Shown: positions 36,785-51,100, numbered from the stretch's first letter. The stretch is DNA of 64,000 bases from Takakia lepidozioides (GCA_030704615.1 CM060732.1:62372001-62436000); one strand, 5' to 3'. The notes: a model not told the origin generated them from the letters alone. Program-made: numbers and translations.

Positions 36785-37210
36785 GGGCTCAGAAATTTTG
36801 TGTGGCCTCGTCGTTATGAGGCTGGTCGGACGACCGTTAGGCCGTCTCCCTTCATGCGTCAAGGACTTAGAATTTTTTTATTTTACAACTACCTCCATGC
36901 ATGTAGTTTTAGGATTTTCTGCATGAAGGTAGTTGCAAAACCAAGCTGAACTACCTGCATGAGACTAGTTGCATACCACCTCCGTGGAGGTAGTTAGAGT
37001 ATGCGCCAACTATCGGAACTACAGTGGAAAGGAACCCAAGACCTGCATCACCACATCACCATCGACCTACCACCAGACCCCAACCTCCGCCGTGCCAACA
37101 GTTTGACATTTTTTCGATATATAAGAGAAACAGGGGAATAGGGATCCTTTTAATGTAGCGGGCCGCTGTCCCTGCGGCCTCATTACGACGAGGCCACACA
37201 AAATTCTGAG
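36785..37210. mobile_element. MITE-like inverted-repeat element
   Basis: ctcagaaattttgtgtggcctcgtcgttatgaggc pairs with gcctcattacgacgaggccacacaaaattctgag. GCTACAGAAT flanks both sides (36775, 37211) and could be a Mutator-type TSD or a subterminal motif. Confidence 0.6.
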
Positions 37211-39108
37211 GCTACAGAATGCATATAGGCTCCCCCCACTAAAAAACCATGTACAATAAAAAAAAAGGATTTATGGCCAGCATGCCTAGTCTAGTTAGAA
37301 ATGAACCTGGGTCAGTGTCCGGGGGTTTCGGTGATGACTGGGTAATCCGGACCTTAACCCGCCAGTCACCCCGGGTTCAAAACCCGGACCCGCACACCTC
37401 TGGTAGTTTCCAAGAAATGTGACATAGTGAAGGGGGTGTGGAGTGTCCACATGCATATTTAAGAGATGTAATCACTAATCACCCTTTCAGACACCTTAAC
37501 CCTTTTGAACTAGGGGTCGCCCCATAGCAGGCAGGAAACCCCCCAAAAAGGAAAGAAAAAAAACGAATGGAGCAGTGCTTTACGTTGACCGAAAAAATAA
37601 TGGCAGGAAGGCGAAACATCCCGAGGCAAGGCGGGGGTCGAAACTCGCCTCCAGGGCGTCAAATCCCCAGGTATCACCTCGGGAGCTTGATGAGGGCCTA
37701 GGGGGAAACGCAAGTTAGGGTTAGAAAGGGATAATATCCCGGTGGTGCTCGCCGGGATTTTTGGTATCCCGGCCCTTGGCATCCGTCTCTCTCTTGAGCC
37801 AAAAAGTGTGAGAGAGAGGGAGAGACAGACAGACAGGGAAAGAGGTATTTTGCTGCGATTCTGATCGTTGCGGGCTGGTAATTGCATGGCAGGGATCACT
37901 GCTCTGGTATTTGAGGAATCGATTCCTGCCTTCGCTCCCTGCGCTGTGCATTGTGATCTGTGCTTCGAGATCGGTGTGTGTCGTGAGTAATGCAGGCAAT
38001 CGAGGACGGACGTGTGAAAAGATCTATTGGTATTTTAAGAGTAGAATGTGGTGGAGGGGAGTTGCTTGTTTTTCGCTGGGAAGAGGCTATGGCGTTGCCT
38101 TGGACCGGGTTCGCAGATCTGGACGCGGCTTCTGTCACTCCAGGAGATGAGCAAATTGTTTGCCTACTCGGGGATTTCAGTATCGCTTAACTTCGCTGTC
38201 TCTGAAGCCTCACTCCTTTCAAATGTTAACAACTACATGCTCTCTCGTTCATCCAAGGGGGAATTATTGTCGGATGCGCATTTTCTCAATCGTTCAGTTC
38301 ATGTGTTAGATTGTTAGTTTGCTGGAATATTCTGTTCGAGGAGCATTTGTTACTCGCGCGTCTTGAGGCCAGTACCGCATTCTTTGTTTTTTGGTCTGTG
38401 TTCGTAGAATTTCAACTTGTGCTGCCAACTTTTTGCTGCGCATTGATGTGAGCCTACCTGTCCAGACGCTTCTCGGAGGATGGAGCTCGTCAAGTAAGAC
38501 GAGACAAAGGATGGTTTTGGGCGTCAATATAGAAGGTCAGGAAATGCTCCTGGAAATGGAATAGTTCAACAATCCATTCTAAATACAGTGGAAGTCGGTG
38601 TTAGTGACCTTGAATGATGGAATTCTGGCTACTTCTGGAGAGGGCGGATAAGCTCATAAGACGATGCTTGCAGTAGCCTTGACCTCTGTGCCAAGTTTGG
38701 AGCAGTAAGGACAGGGACGGAGAGAGACAGAGTGTGTGTGTGCTGGTTGTACTTGTCGATATATTATCAGCCGTCTAATGACAGCGAGGATTTTCTGAAG
38801 GATGGGTGAATTATGGCCGGATGTTTGTGTCTAGCATATGCAATCAAATTTGAAAAATCTCTTCTGTTGAATCTGTGAATGTTGTCAATGGTTGGCAATA
38901 GATTGATGCCTGTAGTCTCAAATGAGGGGCATTCTTGACAGGTTTCCGTTACAGAGGAGCCAGATTTATACTAGCTTTCAATTTGTTTCTGTTCAGATTT
39001 CTCCTGGACAGTTTTCTCCTGATGGTGCTGGTGAGTAACAACTCAGCTGGACTAAGAAGGGACGGGTATGCATTGGTGGGAAGATAAGAGTGAGAAGCAA
39101 AGCAGACC

Positions 39109-42100
39109 ATGTTTGTGAAGAAGAAGAAGAAGCAGAAGCAGCTGGAGACTGCTAATGGAAGGGAGTCAGGGATATCCTCCGTAGTGACTACTTCGACGTC
39201 TGGGCGGGAACTGCTATCACGAGTGTTGGTGGGGATATCTCCACAGGAAAGAAAGTCCTCTGTCAGGAACAGGCAGAAGATTGCACAGCTCATAGAGCTG
39301 GCTGTTCCTGTTACTGGCGAGCTGTCAGAGCAGAGTGACGAGGGTAGTCTGCAGGTGTCAGAAGATGAGGAATATGTTGGTAGAATGGGGCGGGATACCT
39401 GGGCTGGTGGATCTGTGATTGAAGAAGACTCCGCGAGGAGCTTGATAGTGAAGAGGGTGGAGACTGCCCTGGCACCCTCAAGTGAAGCACCTGCAAAAAC
39501 AGATGACATACACACAGATCGCCAGCAAGATCTGCTCAGAAGGAAAGGTGACAACACCGGGGTTATATCGAATGGCTCAATTGTTAAGGAGGGATGGGGA
39601 AGAATCAGAGGCATTGTTCGACAGGAGAATACAATAACCAATGCCCTAATAGTACCTCAGAGGAGTAATATAGAATCCGCCATGAAAGTGGAGAATTTTA
39701 AAAAGGCTACAAGGGATTGTGACTCTGGGAAAATGGGGAGACCAGGGAAGAGTAAGAAGATAGTTAGTACTTGTGCAGAAGAGAGAGATGGATTGGCCAA
39801 CCCAGGTCAAGAACATGAGAATGCTGTTGGAACCAAGCCTGTCATGTTTGGGCGAGTTACAAGAGGTATGACGGAGAGAGGAGTAGATATTGATCTAGTG
39901 AGACCCGGTCGGACGGACCTTGGGAGAGAAGAGACGGGGGCAGGCAAAGCAACTGATATCACCCAGCGTGAGATTGTCAGGAGGGCTTTAAAGTCACAGC
40001 ATGGTATTGCACAGAGGGGAAAAGAAAAGAGGTCTCCACAACGATCCCAGATTGGAAAGGTTTTGAAGACAAAGTGCAACCGAGAAGCTTCAACAGAGAA
40101 GGGGAAAAGAAAAAAGGCCGCTAAGGCTCTCGATCTGAGCCCCTTAGAGAGTCAAAGAGAAGAGAGAGATGGCAAAGCACTGAAGGTTGTGGGAAGAATC
40201 ACTCGGGGTATGAAACAAAGAGGCCAAGATTGCGAGGAAAATCTCCCTGTGAAAATGTCACAGGAAAAGGCTAGAAAAGTTGTGCAGGTTGAGAAGAACA
40301 ACACCAGAATGGTGTTTGGACAAAGAGCTTCATCAAATCTCATCTCCACAAGCCCTGATGGAAGGACAGAACCTGTCCCCACTGGTTCCCTTTCAATAAA
40401 TTGGATTGCAAAGGTCAGGCAACAACAATCTGGGGAACGGAGAGTCGGGCAACACTGCATCACTCTGTCAGAGGAGAGCAAATTAAGGTTGGATGATGGA
40501 CTCGAGGAGAATCTTGAAAGATCAGAGGATAAGGTCACCAGTGCGAGGACAGTGGGCATAGATGGTGGGAGAAATAAATCAGAACTTAGACAGAAGAAGG
40601 TTGTCAAAGGTAGTTTTGGGAGGAGGGATGGTGCCACTGTTGGGAAAAATCCAAACCAGGGGGTCAAGGACAGCAGTGTTATCTTGAGTGTTGCCATGTT
40701 GCAGGAGCAGAGTGACCAAGACACTGGAAAGGATATATCAAAAGTGCCTATCAAAGGGAGTAAGAGTTGGGAGACTTTGAATAGAAAGAAGGCTGCAGGG
40801 AGGGATGATGGCTTGGATCTGCTATTAGATGACATAAGAGCTGAGTTCGGTGTACAAAAGGAGAAGAGTCCATCCAGGAAGCCTGTGAAGAAGGCCGGAG
40901 TTGAAAGGAGGGAGCCAGATGTGGGTGATAGCAACAAGGTTCGAGAACATGACTTGGATCCTACTGACATGGAGAAGGAAAGATTATGTGAGTTAGGGAC
41001 CAAGGATGTGAAGAGCAGATTGGAAGAAGGGCAGATTGTTGAAGTCAGTTTATCAATGAAGGCGTGGAAGAAAGAAGAAACACAGAGAATTAGGGAGCAG
41101 GGGATTCAGCCGTTACGACGCGCTTGGTTGAAAGGTGACAGGAAACATCTCAAAGAGGCTGGTGTGGAAGTCATAGCTTCTCCCTTGTCATATGCTTTAA
41201 GAGGTAGACAGGGACTGACTCACAAAGGTTTGGAGGATTTCAGAAGTAAAGAGACCGAAGAACTTGATGAGACAGGGGATAAGAAAGAGTCTGTGGAGGT
41301 AAATTTATCAGGCAAGTCTTGTACTCATCGCGGCAAGCTCAAGAGAAGGGAGCCAATTGACAACGAAATAAAAGAGGGAAGAGACGGCAAGGCATCAAAG
41401 ATGGCGAGAAAACAGCGACCTGTTGAGGGGAGTGCTCTGGTCTTGGAAGCTTGTGATGTGGAGGGAACTGTTGTGGAAGAGGGTGCGATTTCAAGAGATA
41501 TGGAGGGTGCAGAAATTGTTAATCTGGATATTGAAGCTGTGAAGGAGGTCAAGCAAGGCAAGGCAAGAGTAAGCAGGCGTGAAAGCAAGAAAGAGGAGCT
41601 CGAGTATCAAAGTTTCCAGGCCCTGTTGAGAAACTTTTTGGTGGCAGGGATGACATCAAGATCTGACACACTGCGGTCTGCTAGAAAGAAGGCAAGTCAG
41701 GAGGCAGGGAATATGCCGGGGAGGTTCCTGGGAGTTATAGAGGCTGTACAGAGTGTGCCTGTGGGAGGGGTCTCGAGTTCCAAGGAGGTCAGCTCTAGCA
41801 ATGCCATTGAAATGCAGATGCTGTCCACATCTGGGGCTGTGAAGAAGCTGAAGAAGGCTATCAGGGGAAATGATGTTGCAAGTGGGGCAAGTGTCTTGGA
41901 TGTGCCAAAGTCTGAAGTCCTGCCGAAGATTACAGATGAATCTTCAACCATCGTGGTGACAGTCCTTGGCAGATTGTTGGACGGAGAGGACATCACGAAG
42001 GATGTCGGTAGGAAAGAAGAGTTTGAAGAGGGACCAGGTCTTCCAGATGAAACTGAACGTTTGAAGGGAGAGGGAGAGCCCCTTAATTCAGAGTGTCAAG

Positions 42101-45100
42101 TGGCTATGGGACTGGAAACTGTATGTGAGAAAATGAAATCTGCTTCCGAGGGTTTGGAAGGAATTGCCATTGAGAAGGGGATGAATGCAGGTGCCACTCT
42201 TGAGGAGCCGGGTGAGGAATTGGCAGTAGAACAGCAGTTGATGTTGGGAGAAGGGGAGCATTTGATGGAGGGCAGACCATCTTGTCATGAAGAGATTGGA
42301 GTATCCAGCAAAGAGGGTACTCACAGCAGAGTGACTGTTGTTCAGGACCATACAGCCTTGTTGGAAGATCAGAGGGTATCACTTGGGGAGCAGAAAGAGA
42401 TCATTGCTGATCAGCACAAAACTGCTATCACTCGAGTATTTCCCCTCTCTAGCGTGGAACAGGATGTGGCTAAGAACAATTTCTGCAAGTTGTTTGAGGA
42501 CACAGGAATCCATGCGGCTAGGAAGGAGCATGATCAGGTTCTTATGGAGTGGGGCCATGGTGTCAGCATTCCGCTAAAGGTTATTGAGAGAGAGGGTTTG
42601 GCTGTGAAGGAGGGGGAGCTCATAAAGGAGGACTTGGATGAGACAGTGAAAGAGGAATTTGGGCAAGAAGTGGCACCAACAGTTTGTGAACTAGAGGCTC
42701 TCTCCTTCAGAAGAACTACTGAAGACTTCTACCGGGCTGAATGCCCTATGCAACACAAGTCTGTCTTAGGAAAGCAGGATGAGGAGAAAGAAGGCCTTCT
42801 TTTGACAGTTTTGGGTGGGAGTCCTCACAGAAATGAGCCAATTCTGAATAAAGAGGAAGAGATTGAGGAAGAGATTGCTGAAGGGGTGGGTGTTGGTAAG
42901 GAGCTAGAACTAGAAGATGACGAGATTCTCGAAGAACTATCGGCTGTTTCACAGGTACAAGAATTCATTTCTGAGGACATTTCTGAGCACTACAAGGCAA
43001 CGCCTATGGGAGAAGATCATCCACATGCAAACAAGGGGAGGCCTAAAGAACCTGAGATGCTGTACATGAAAGCAGAGATTCTTAGGAGAGAGATGAAGAC
43101 GATGATGGATGTGGGAGCACCGGTGACACATAAGGTCAACAGTCTTTTAGAGGGGGTCTTTAAGGAACAAGAGACAGTCTTTGAAGGAAAAGTGAATGTG
43201 ATTGAGGAAGTGGATGTCTCTCAAGAAGATGAACATCAGTTTACAGTTGCTGTTACAGCAGAAGGAAGTTCAGTGAACTTGAGCGATGTTGCTGAGGACA
43301 AGGGAAGAGGTGTGGGCAGACAGGGGGATCATATCAGGGGAGGTGATACCGGCAACAATGAGCAGAGAGAGAAGGGTACTGAACAGAGAGAGGAACTGGT
43401 GATGGAACCCAGTGAAGAGATCCTTAAGCCAGGGCATGGAGACTTGAAGAATCCATTTTATTTCTTACAGGCAGATGACACAGCTTCAAAGGATTGGATG
43501 GAGAGTGAGAAGATGGAGCCTCTGTCTGTCAATGAGCAACTAGTCAGTTGTAGGGAAGATGATGGGATACCTACCGAGTTAGCCCTCTGTGATGAAGGAG
43601 GGACTGACTCTGACCTGAAGAGTTTGATTGCAGACCCGGGAGATGCCACAGGCTACATTTGTTTGGCTGAAAATAGAGTTGAAGTGGTGTGGAGCGGAAG
43701 TTGTAAGGAAGCAAAAGCATATGCCAGGGGCAACATAAAGAAACCAATTGACGTGTTGGAGGCAGAGCGCACCGCTGTAAAGGAGAAGGAGGATGTAGCC
43801 ATGGATGCACCACAAGACAGCTGCATGGAAGATGATGCAACACCTACTCAGCTAAATATCTGCAGGAAACCAGGTTCTGATTCTGAGATGAAGGTTTGCC
43901 TTGCTGAAGACAACTCTGTAGGTTTCACAGATTTCTCCAAGGAAAAACCAGACTTTGCTGAGGGACAAGAGCACATTATCAAAGATCAGGCAGTTGTTTT
44001 CGACAGGAATGACATATGTATGGTTGCAAAGGGAGGTAGTGTAGAGACAAAAATTTGCTATGAGGAAGAGGGAGTTGTGAAGGGAGATTCCATAGAGACA
44101 GTTGACAGTTTGGAGGCGGAGGTGACAGTGGCAAATCACGAGCTGAAGAAGGAGGATGTTGCCATGGTCAAGCGACAAGATGGCTGTAGGGAAGATGATG
44201 TGACACCTCCTGAGCTACATTTCAGGATCGAAGGAGGGGCTAGTGCTGAGTCTAAGGGGTGCAATGATGCAGGAGGTAACATGTATATGTCCAAGGAAGA
44301 GGCATTCACTAGTGATGTAGAGAATGTTAATATCAGAGAACAGGAAGTTGGCTCAGACATGGAGTCTGTATGCTTGGTAGGTATTCCAGAGAGGAGTGAG
44401 ATTTGTAAGGAAGGAGAGGGAGCTGTTAAAAAAGATGGTAAGGATGCAGTTGATATCTTGAAGTCGGAGGGCACAGTGGCGAGGGATCAGATGGACAGTG
44501 GGAAGGTAGACAATGTGCCCGTGGACAAGGAACTCCATGGTTCAAGGGTAGATGACGCAACACCTTGTGAGCTAAATGTCTGTAGGGGTGGAGGGGCTCG
44601 TTCTTTGTCAGAGGGTTGCGTCACTGAATATGGAGGTTTCACAAATTTGTCCAGGCAAGAGGACATTGTCAAAGAACAGGAAGTGGGTTCAGCCAATAAT
44701 GGCATATTTCTGGTTGAAGAGGGAGGTATTAGTTGTAAAGAAGGAGCTGTCAAGAAGCATACAAAAGAGACAGTTACCATGGAGGCAGAGGACGTGGTCG
44801 TGAAGGATGAGATAGAATGTACTCTGAAGAGGGTGAAGGATGAGATAGAGAAGGAGAAGATGGAGGATGTGGACATGGGCGAGGGATTACACAGTTGCAC
44901 CGATGCGCCGATTTCTGAGCCAAAGCATTGGGTTGCTGAAAATGAGTCAGGACTTGTCACTGCTTTCTGTACTGAAAAGCCAGTTGTCGCTAAGATTCAA
45001 GCGGATGTCATCGACAAACATGTAGTTGGTTCATACAAGAGTGGCATATGTATGGTTGAAGAGGGAGGTTCTGCAGAGTGGGGCGAGACTGGTATGGAAG

Positions 45101-48100
45101 TAGAGGAAGCTGCTGAGAGTGATGCTGTGTCCAAGGAGGAATCGGGAGCTATAATAGACCTTCAAGATAGGTTGCAAGACGAAGAAGAAAGCCTGATGGA
45201 AAAACCAAAGATGATTGTGGAAGGGGAGGTGGTAGCTAGGGAGCAGGAAGATGGGTTTGGAAAGCTTGCTGAATTTTTTTTGCAAGAGGAGGAATGTGCT
45301 CTTAAGGAGCTTGAGTGTATTGCTAAAGAAGAGGAGGCAGGTGCCACTGAACAGGGGTTGACTGAGGAAGAGGGAAATCCAGTCTTGGTGCATAGCGACA
45401 TTGAGAAAGCAGAGGGGGCCGTTACCAAGGAACAGCAGATTAGTTCTGCAGGGTATAATCTTCTGATTAGAGGAGGAATCTTTCAGCAAGAGAAGCTCAA
45501 GGTCAGGGGGGAGCCAGAGTTGGTTGAGAAAATCTTGGAAGGGATGATAAACAGTCTGCCTTCAACTGCCTCTGAGTCGTTGGAGGGAATCTGCATATTG
45601 GAAAGAGTGAGAGAGAGGTTAATTGGTTTGGAAGGAGATGACAGTGAACAGCAAGTTGATGATGATGGCATAATAGTTGAGCCATCAACTATGGAGGCAG
45701 CAGAGAACTGCCCAAGTGAACATGGCTTTGGTGAGACAGAGAAGGCTGAAGCTCAATGTTCTGTAATCAAGGAAGTGACTGTACCGCAGGAAGATGCCGA
45801 TGTTATTGTGGCAAAAGAGGCATTTCCTTCACTACAAGAACCAGTGGCTGAGCTTTTGAAAAGTGAAGATGTTGAGAGTGCTTTTCTGGTAGCAGAAGTT
45901 GTGCTGTTGCCTATCCAAACATCAGTGATCACAGAATTGCTCCAATCTGAGAAAGAGACACTGCAACCTTCTCTTACATGTGGCAGTCCTGTAGCATCTG
46001 TAGATCAAATCTCCCTCTTGCGGGAGAAATGTTGGCTCAGCAGTCCAGAGAACCAAAGAGACCTACATATTGACTCTTCAATAAGCCCGAGTAAAACGAA
46101 TAAGCTTAAGCAAGCCATGGCTGACCAGCAGCCCGATACTGTAGGCAACTTGGATTTGCTATCACAATGCCAGAAGGGAGAAGTTTTGGACACACAGTGT
46201 GCAAGCGAGGAGACGGTGATGGTCATGAAAGATACAGCTTCAGGGATAGAGGAAGTTATAGGTTTAAGTGACACAGCAGATGCAGTGAGGCTTCCCACAA
46301 ACAAAGAGGAAACACAACCAGAACCACTCATTGGAGTGGTAATCAATGAAAAGAGAGACTCTGATCATTCACTAGTTCTAGACAAGGAGACTAAACCTCT
46401 GGTGCAGGCATTAAGCACTGATCTTGCTCCAGTCTTCAAAGAGGGAATGCAGCTTGTCCTTCAGGACTCTCAGACAGCAGTGTCAGAGTCTTTTGAATCC
46501 ATGAAAGTCACATCTACGGTAAACAGGGAGAGGCCTGTCCCAAAGGGATTGCAGGGAGAGGTGCAATCGCCCCTTGAAAAGACAGAGATCCTTGCTGAGG
46601 GTTTGAGCTTTGAAGAAGGTATCTTCTTAGAGGGGAATGCCTTTGTTGGTCAGCAACCATTTGAGTCATCAAGTGTGCAACCCTTCTCACTTCCGGTGGA
46701 GTCAAGAGTCGATCAGCAACAATCTAACAGTGTGGTATGCATTCTTTCTTACTCTTTCTGAAGCAACTTTTTCCTCCATATTTTTCTATGACTGTGAGCT
46801 ATTTTTTTTTCTTCTGAGACTCCACGCCTCAGGTACATTGTGCTTCTCCGGTTGCAGCTCCAGCCTGAAGAGAGGGATGCCTCAAATGCCAAAACTCAGG
46901 ATGATGCACGTCCAAGTAGTACATATAAGAAGAAGGGCAGGCCTTCTTTGAAGGAATTGGGGATGCCTCAGGTAGTTGGGAGGGAAGAAGAGACGGGTCA
47001 TCGCTTGGATGGAAAGAAAAGAAGGCGCATGCTGCTACCTATGCCTGTGGATTCTGGTACTCGCCGCATCCGACCTCGCCCACTTGACCCAGAACAGCCT
47101 ATTCCTGTCTTTGTTGAAGGTCGTGACAAGGTGAGCTTGGGTACCTTGCTTTGAACAGATAGTCAGGTCCTGTATTGGTTTTAGTTCCTCCCTGATTAGC
47201 ATTCTCTGTGAGGGCACTGAACTTTCAACTCTGCTCTGTGGCAATGTCTGTCCCTCAGTAGTGTGACACCATTCCAGATCTCATACTACGCCATCTAAAG
47301 AATCTTCAACTGGAACCTCAATTTTGCTGGAGCAAGGTGGCTGGCCCTAGTTTTTGTGGTTGTGTCTGAAACTCACAAATATGGAATGGTTGGTAGTGTT
47401 AGTGTCAAGTTCAGAGCTGAGGAATGAGGAATAGATGAACACGTGGCTTCAATATTAAGGATTCTACGATCTATCATGGAAGTCATGTTACTTTTGTCTT
47501 TCAGGAGTATGATGGGGGTGCATTTTACCACTGGTTACGGCAACAAGGGGAAGGGGGTGGTCTTACGGGTGCTGGACTGGATTCTGTGGCTGGGAATGAT
47601 GATACTGTTGTTGGAGGTGGAACTGCCTGCACTCAAAAGTTTGTCAATAAGAAGAGCATCATTGCAATCCCTTCGTTTAGAATTGTGGCGGACTACGAAG
47701 AAAGACAGCAACAGCTGGTCAAGGGAAAGCAGCTGGCATCTTGTGCTCATGGGGTAATTTTAATGTATCTTTTGTCCATGTACTGCTTCTCTTGAGACGA
47801 AAACTCGTCTTTACCTTGGATGTGGCTATATTTTTATTTTGGTTACCTCTCAAATTGGTGTTCAGATTTTTACTAGGCTCTCACTTGATATATTTGTCAC
47901 TCCCTTGAAGTGGATGACCATGCACTAGGTGATTCCAGTTTTCAGCACCTTAAGTGTTGATGGTGAGACCCTTGCCATGTCACGGCTAATTCTCAACACA
48001 CTGAGGGCTGAACACCCAAACGAACCCTTTATTTGGATGTGACTAATCCAGATGATTAGTCTGTAGGTGGGAGCATGGTGCACTTGTGGAACTTGCTGAT

Positions 48101-51100
48101 AGTGGGGTCTGATTGCCTGCTCCATGGGGTTGCAGACTGTCAAAAATCAAAGTTCAATGGCACTGCCTTCAGCATATGACATGGATGATGAAGATGAAGA
48201 GTGGCTGCGCGCATGGAACCAGCATGTGAACCAAGCCAGTTCACAACAGTTGCTCCCAGACAACAAATTTGAAGAGATAATGGAGTATCTGGAAAGAGCA
48301 TCAGCTCGACTCATGGAGGAAAAGCAAAGTTCTACCTCCCAGCTGTCGAGCTCTATCCAAAGATCTTCTCTCCCATTGGTTTCCAATCTGTCAGGGTCTG
48401 CTCAACTGACCAACGAGCCGTCGGTCACCACAAGCCTACTACCCCTAGCTTCTACCCCTTATGTCCCTGTTCCGTTGAATATGAAACCATTTGGATCTGC
48501 TCCACTGAGATCTGGGCATCCTCGTCACAAGAAGAAGGCAGGAGCTTTCCAAAGCTCTGAGAAAAGGGTGGTAGTGGAGAGCATTGCAAATCTGCATGGG
48601 AATCTTGCCTGGGAGTTCTTACCAGGGGCCAATGCTGCAATGCCCAGTGAGCTGCCGACTAAAAATAGGAATGTTGGTTTGGAGCGAATCGCACAGAAGC
48701 TGTTAGTAAGTACAGAGTTAGAGAGACAAATAGAAGGACAGTTAGAAAGGTCATTGGAGCATCCAGTGGTATTGGATGCTGGTCCACAGAGGCTTTCTGA
48801 GGAGTGCTCTATATGTAATGGAGGGGAGGACTCACACAACAATCCGGTAAACTTTTTAAAACAATTATTTTGTGGGGAGAGATCTCTTCTTCATGCTGGT
48901 TTAATTCTGAGCTTAATTTTTCTAACCAATGTTTAGCTTTTTCCAGAATTTGTAAAGAAGTGTTACAAATAAATTGCTTTGTTGGGTTTGCAGGTTTATA
49001 AATGCAAGCTATGCTTAATTCACGTCCATCAGTCATGCTATGGTATTCGCGAGAAGTTCCGTGATGACCATGGTCGGGTTATTGCCCCTCCTAACTGGTG
49101 TTGCAGAAAGTGTGAGGCTGTGGCTGCAGGCAAGACAGAAGCAGATATCAGGTATCCTCTGTTTTGCCTCTGCTTGTGGCACTTCATGAATGGCCACAAT
49201 GATGGTTAGTCGTTACTATGGTTTGTGTTTATGAACTTTGTTCTTGACGTCTGATGGAATAGATTTCTTTGGTGGGAGTACTAGAAATGTGTATCTGGAG
49301 TTTTAGTGGACTGGATTATGAGTAACACACCACAACTGGATTGTGTTGGTGTCTGTGGCAGCTGTGTGCTGTGTCGAAAAAGAAGGGGTGCGCTAAAACC
49401 GACTGTCAATCCTGAAAAATGGGCTCATGTCGCGTGTGCTCTTTACACAAATGAAACCTTTTTTGTTGATGCTGATGCTATGGAGCCAATTGATGGCATT
49501 GCGGCTGTTGAGGCACGTGTCCAGAAGCAACAAGATCGGTGTGGATTGTGTGGTGTGAAAACGGGTTCATGTGCACGCTGTGCTGTCAAAGGCTGTAGAG
49601 CGCCATTCCACATCTCTTGTGGGGTGAGCCAGGGGGCAACCTTTCAGGCAGGCTATTTCCCACTCGCCTGTCTCTTGTGTGAATTTGTAGAAGCAGTTCC
49701 CCCAGTCTTATTCTTCCTTCCACAAACCTTTTGTGCTCCAGAACAACCTGGGCAGGTCCTGATGCGGTGGGGACAATGTGCTTGTGAACAAGGATGTCTG
49801 TGTCCATCTGACTGTCTTTTTCTTCCTTGGTCTCTCTCATGTGTTACACATCATCCACCTAAAACTATGTTTCCTGCATGCTCCAGTTGCGGCAATCTAA
49901 GCAGCAAGTTGTAGGCGTCCGCTCTCTCTGCCCGCGACATGCTGGGACACCTCCTGTGTCAAACTTTCCCTTGGAATCTGTGGTGGGGAGGAGAGAAAGC
50001 TTCACGGTGACTAGTGGTACCACAAGTAGTGCTGCTGCCTCAGCAACAGCCATGGGCAACATCTCAACAGCATCATGTATGGACTCTAAGGAAGTAGGGA
50101 TTCAGGATGGAATTGTTGAAGTGCCTGTTTGGCAGGAAAGTGAAAAGATGACAAGAAAGCTTGCCAGACCACTGGGTGAAGGGAGAGGGCGACCCGTGGG
50201 TAGAGGAAGGGCGAAAGGGAGCTCTCTCTTTGAGGATGTTAGTGAGGGAGGTAAAGGGGGGCCCTCTTGGAATGTGGGAGGTGAAAGGACGAAGGGAAAT
50301 CTTGGTATTTTGAAGAGGAAATGGGGAGAAGCTTTTGCGCGAGAGGCCCGGGAGAGGCTTATAGGGAATGGTGAGGTAAGGTCGGTTGGCACGTATGGCA
50401 TGGCCATTGGTACTGGTGGGGTTTCTGTCCTTGAGGCTCAAGGGAAAAACAAGGCCAAGGATAGGGGTGGACAGGAAGTGGGTGAGCCAGGCTATCTCTC
50501 AACTGTTAAGAGATTGAGAATCAAGCATGGTGGGCAGGCTCTTCATTCAGCAGGCACCAATCCATGTGTTCCGGTCCCTCAGGCTAAGGGTGGCAGTCTC
50601 AGCAGCCTGGTGAAGATTCCGAAAGAGTACACCTCCAGAGCAGGCCAGTTTGGGGCTGAGGATTCCCCTGTGGACCAAGAGGAAGGGATTCCTTCTGAGA
50701 GGCATGCAGAGAGAGGGCTTGACCAAGCATCAAATGCGGCTGAACATCTTCTGATCCTTCAGGAAGCTATGCAGTCAGAGCTTGCAGCCCCACATGTTAT
50801 GAGGGAAGCATTTGTGTATTGGTGTGCCAAGCGTGCCAAACTCAATGGGGCACTCCTTCATGACCTACAGCATGTACGTCTATAATATTCGACAGGATTC
50901 TACTATTTTAGTGCAGTCTATGAACTTCCATAATAGTCCCCCCTGCAACACTGGAGTACTCAGGATGTAGAGTTTATTTGTAGGGTGCATTTTCATCATC
51001 TTTAGTACATAATCTCTGCTTCTTCCTCAACTGACAGTTCAAAATAGAAAACAGCTGTTGGGTTTGGAGTGACAAGAACTTATTTGTGCAGGAACAATTG

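Larger units (their letters stand above)
33649..37402. mobile_element. Old non-autonomous hAT-like element carrying nested SINEs and a MITE
   Basis: Imperfect TIRs CATGCTTGTGCGGGT / ACCCGCACACCTCTG, CGGGT/ACCCG subterminal arrays at both ends, and 8-bp flanks GTACATTC / GTAGTTTC (6/8 identical). Confidence 0.6.

Noticed and set aside
38949-46705. Numerous minus-strand ORFs opposite the giant exon
   Set aside because: S/F/L-rich antisense shadows of a purine-rich coding strand.
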